Shown: positions 63,482 through 64,000 of the stretch, in pieces
Numbering within the stretch: the stretch's first letter is position 1
How the letters are laid out: the number at the start of each line of letters is the position of its first letter
Source: an uncultured candidate division Zixibacteria bacterium
GTDB taxonomy: Bacteria > Zixibacteria > MSB-5A5 > RBG-16-43-9
DNA length: 64,000 nucleotides
Direction: 5' to 3'
NCBI GenBank assembly: GCA_963713865.1
Contig: OY970208.1
Coordinates: 2,144,001 to 2,208,000 of the forward strand
Position numbers and translations under genes: made by a program
Notes under the pieces: generated by a model
What the model saw: the letters and a program-made list of their open reading frames with translations, nothing else
Database searches by the model: none
What the model was told of the DNA's origin: nothing

Positions 63482-64000
63482 TTATTCAAAGAGCAAACAG
63501 CTTTCTACCATCTCTTCGATCTGTTCATCCGTAAAGTGATGAGCCACAATTGCACCAGTGGGACACAAAGCCGCACAGGTACCACACCCTTTGCACAAAG
63601 CCTCATTGATCCTGGCTATATATAAACCATCCTTTTCCTCTAAGGATGGAGCATGAAACTCACATATCTTCACACAGGTTCCACATCCCCGGCATAATTC
63701 GGATTCAACTACCTGACAGACAATAGGGGCAAGGTTAATCTTATCCTTGGAGGCAAGGATTGCTGCTTTCCCTGCAGCACCGATCGCCTGTCCAATCGCC
63801 TCCGGAATTAGCTTAGGAGATTGTGCACATCCACAGATGAAAATCCCCTCGGTATTTGTCTCCACTGGTCCTAATTTGGAGTGTCTCTCCATAAAAAACC
63901 CATCTAAACCCCGCGGAGTTTTCAGAAGCTCCTGCAGAAAGGCAAAATCTTTTTCTTTTGGAACCATCCCCACTGACAGAATAACCAGATCTGCTGGAAT
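63482..64000 (-). CDS. hdrA: HdrA-like flavoprotein, C-terminal part (5' end outside the window)
   Basis: ADLVILSVG, GFF.E.H.KL.PVET..EGIF.CG.AQSPK and two C-terminal 4Fe-4S motifs. Confidence 0.88.
   Translation of the reverse strand: MPADLVILSVGMVPKEKDFAFLQELLKTPRGLDGFFMERHSKLGPVETNTEGIFICGCAQSPKLIPEAIGQAIGAAGKAAILASKDKINLAPIVCQVVESELCRGCGTCVKICEFHAPSLEEKDGLYIARINEALCKGCGTCAALCPTGAIVAHHFTDEQIEEMVESCLLFE

Noticed and set aside
1-64000. Alternative genetic code (UGA = Trp or Gly)
   Set aside because: TGA terminates well-defined genes at their expected ends (e.g. nuoF, icd, nuoK); only two UGAs read through, and both have SECIS-like hairpins.

Overview
Bacterial chromosomal window dominated by energy and central-carbon genes. 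The C-terminal dockerin-like protein and gene content suggest candidate phylum Zixibacteria (inference). It contains: a 14-gene nuoA-N complex I operon; porCDAB plus malic enzyme; a TCA block (korDABC, ndk, eukaryote-type citrate synthase, a LeuCD-type hydro-lyase, icd); and a dispersed heterodisulfide reductase set (hdrC, hdrB, hdrD-like, mvhD, two hdrA). Main observations: (1) Two selenoproteins are missed by the ORF track, each with an in-frame UGA and a SECIS-like hairpin: HdrA-MvhD, and a UXX-stop glutaredoxin-like gene inside the nuo operon. (2) All four frameshifts found (Rrf2, nuoN, nuoL, nuoG) are +1 insertions at the same motif, CCAGAC->CCAGAAC, most likely a DNA-modification-linked sequencing artefact. 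(3) An AT-rich two-gene cassette (HEPN-like plus membrane protein) is inserted in the hdr operon between copies of the hdrD 3' end. (4) A LeuCD pair sits where aconitase should be. (5) Two REP-associated tyrosine transposases accompany a dense, multi-family, partly nested set of intergenic palindromes and 7-8 bp periodic tracts. No rRNA, tRNA or CRISPR array was seen. All calls are by eye; no database searches were run.
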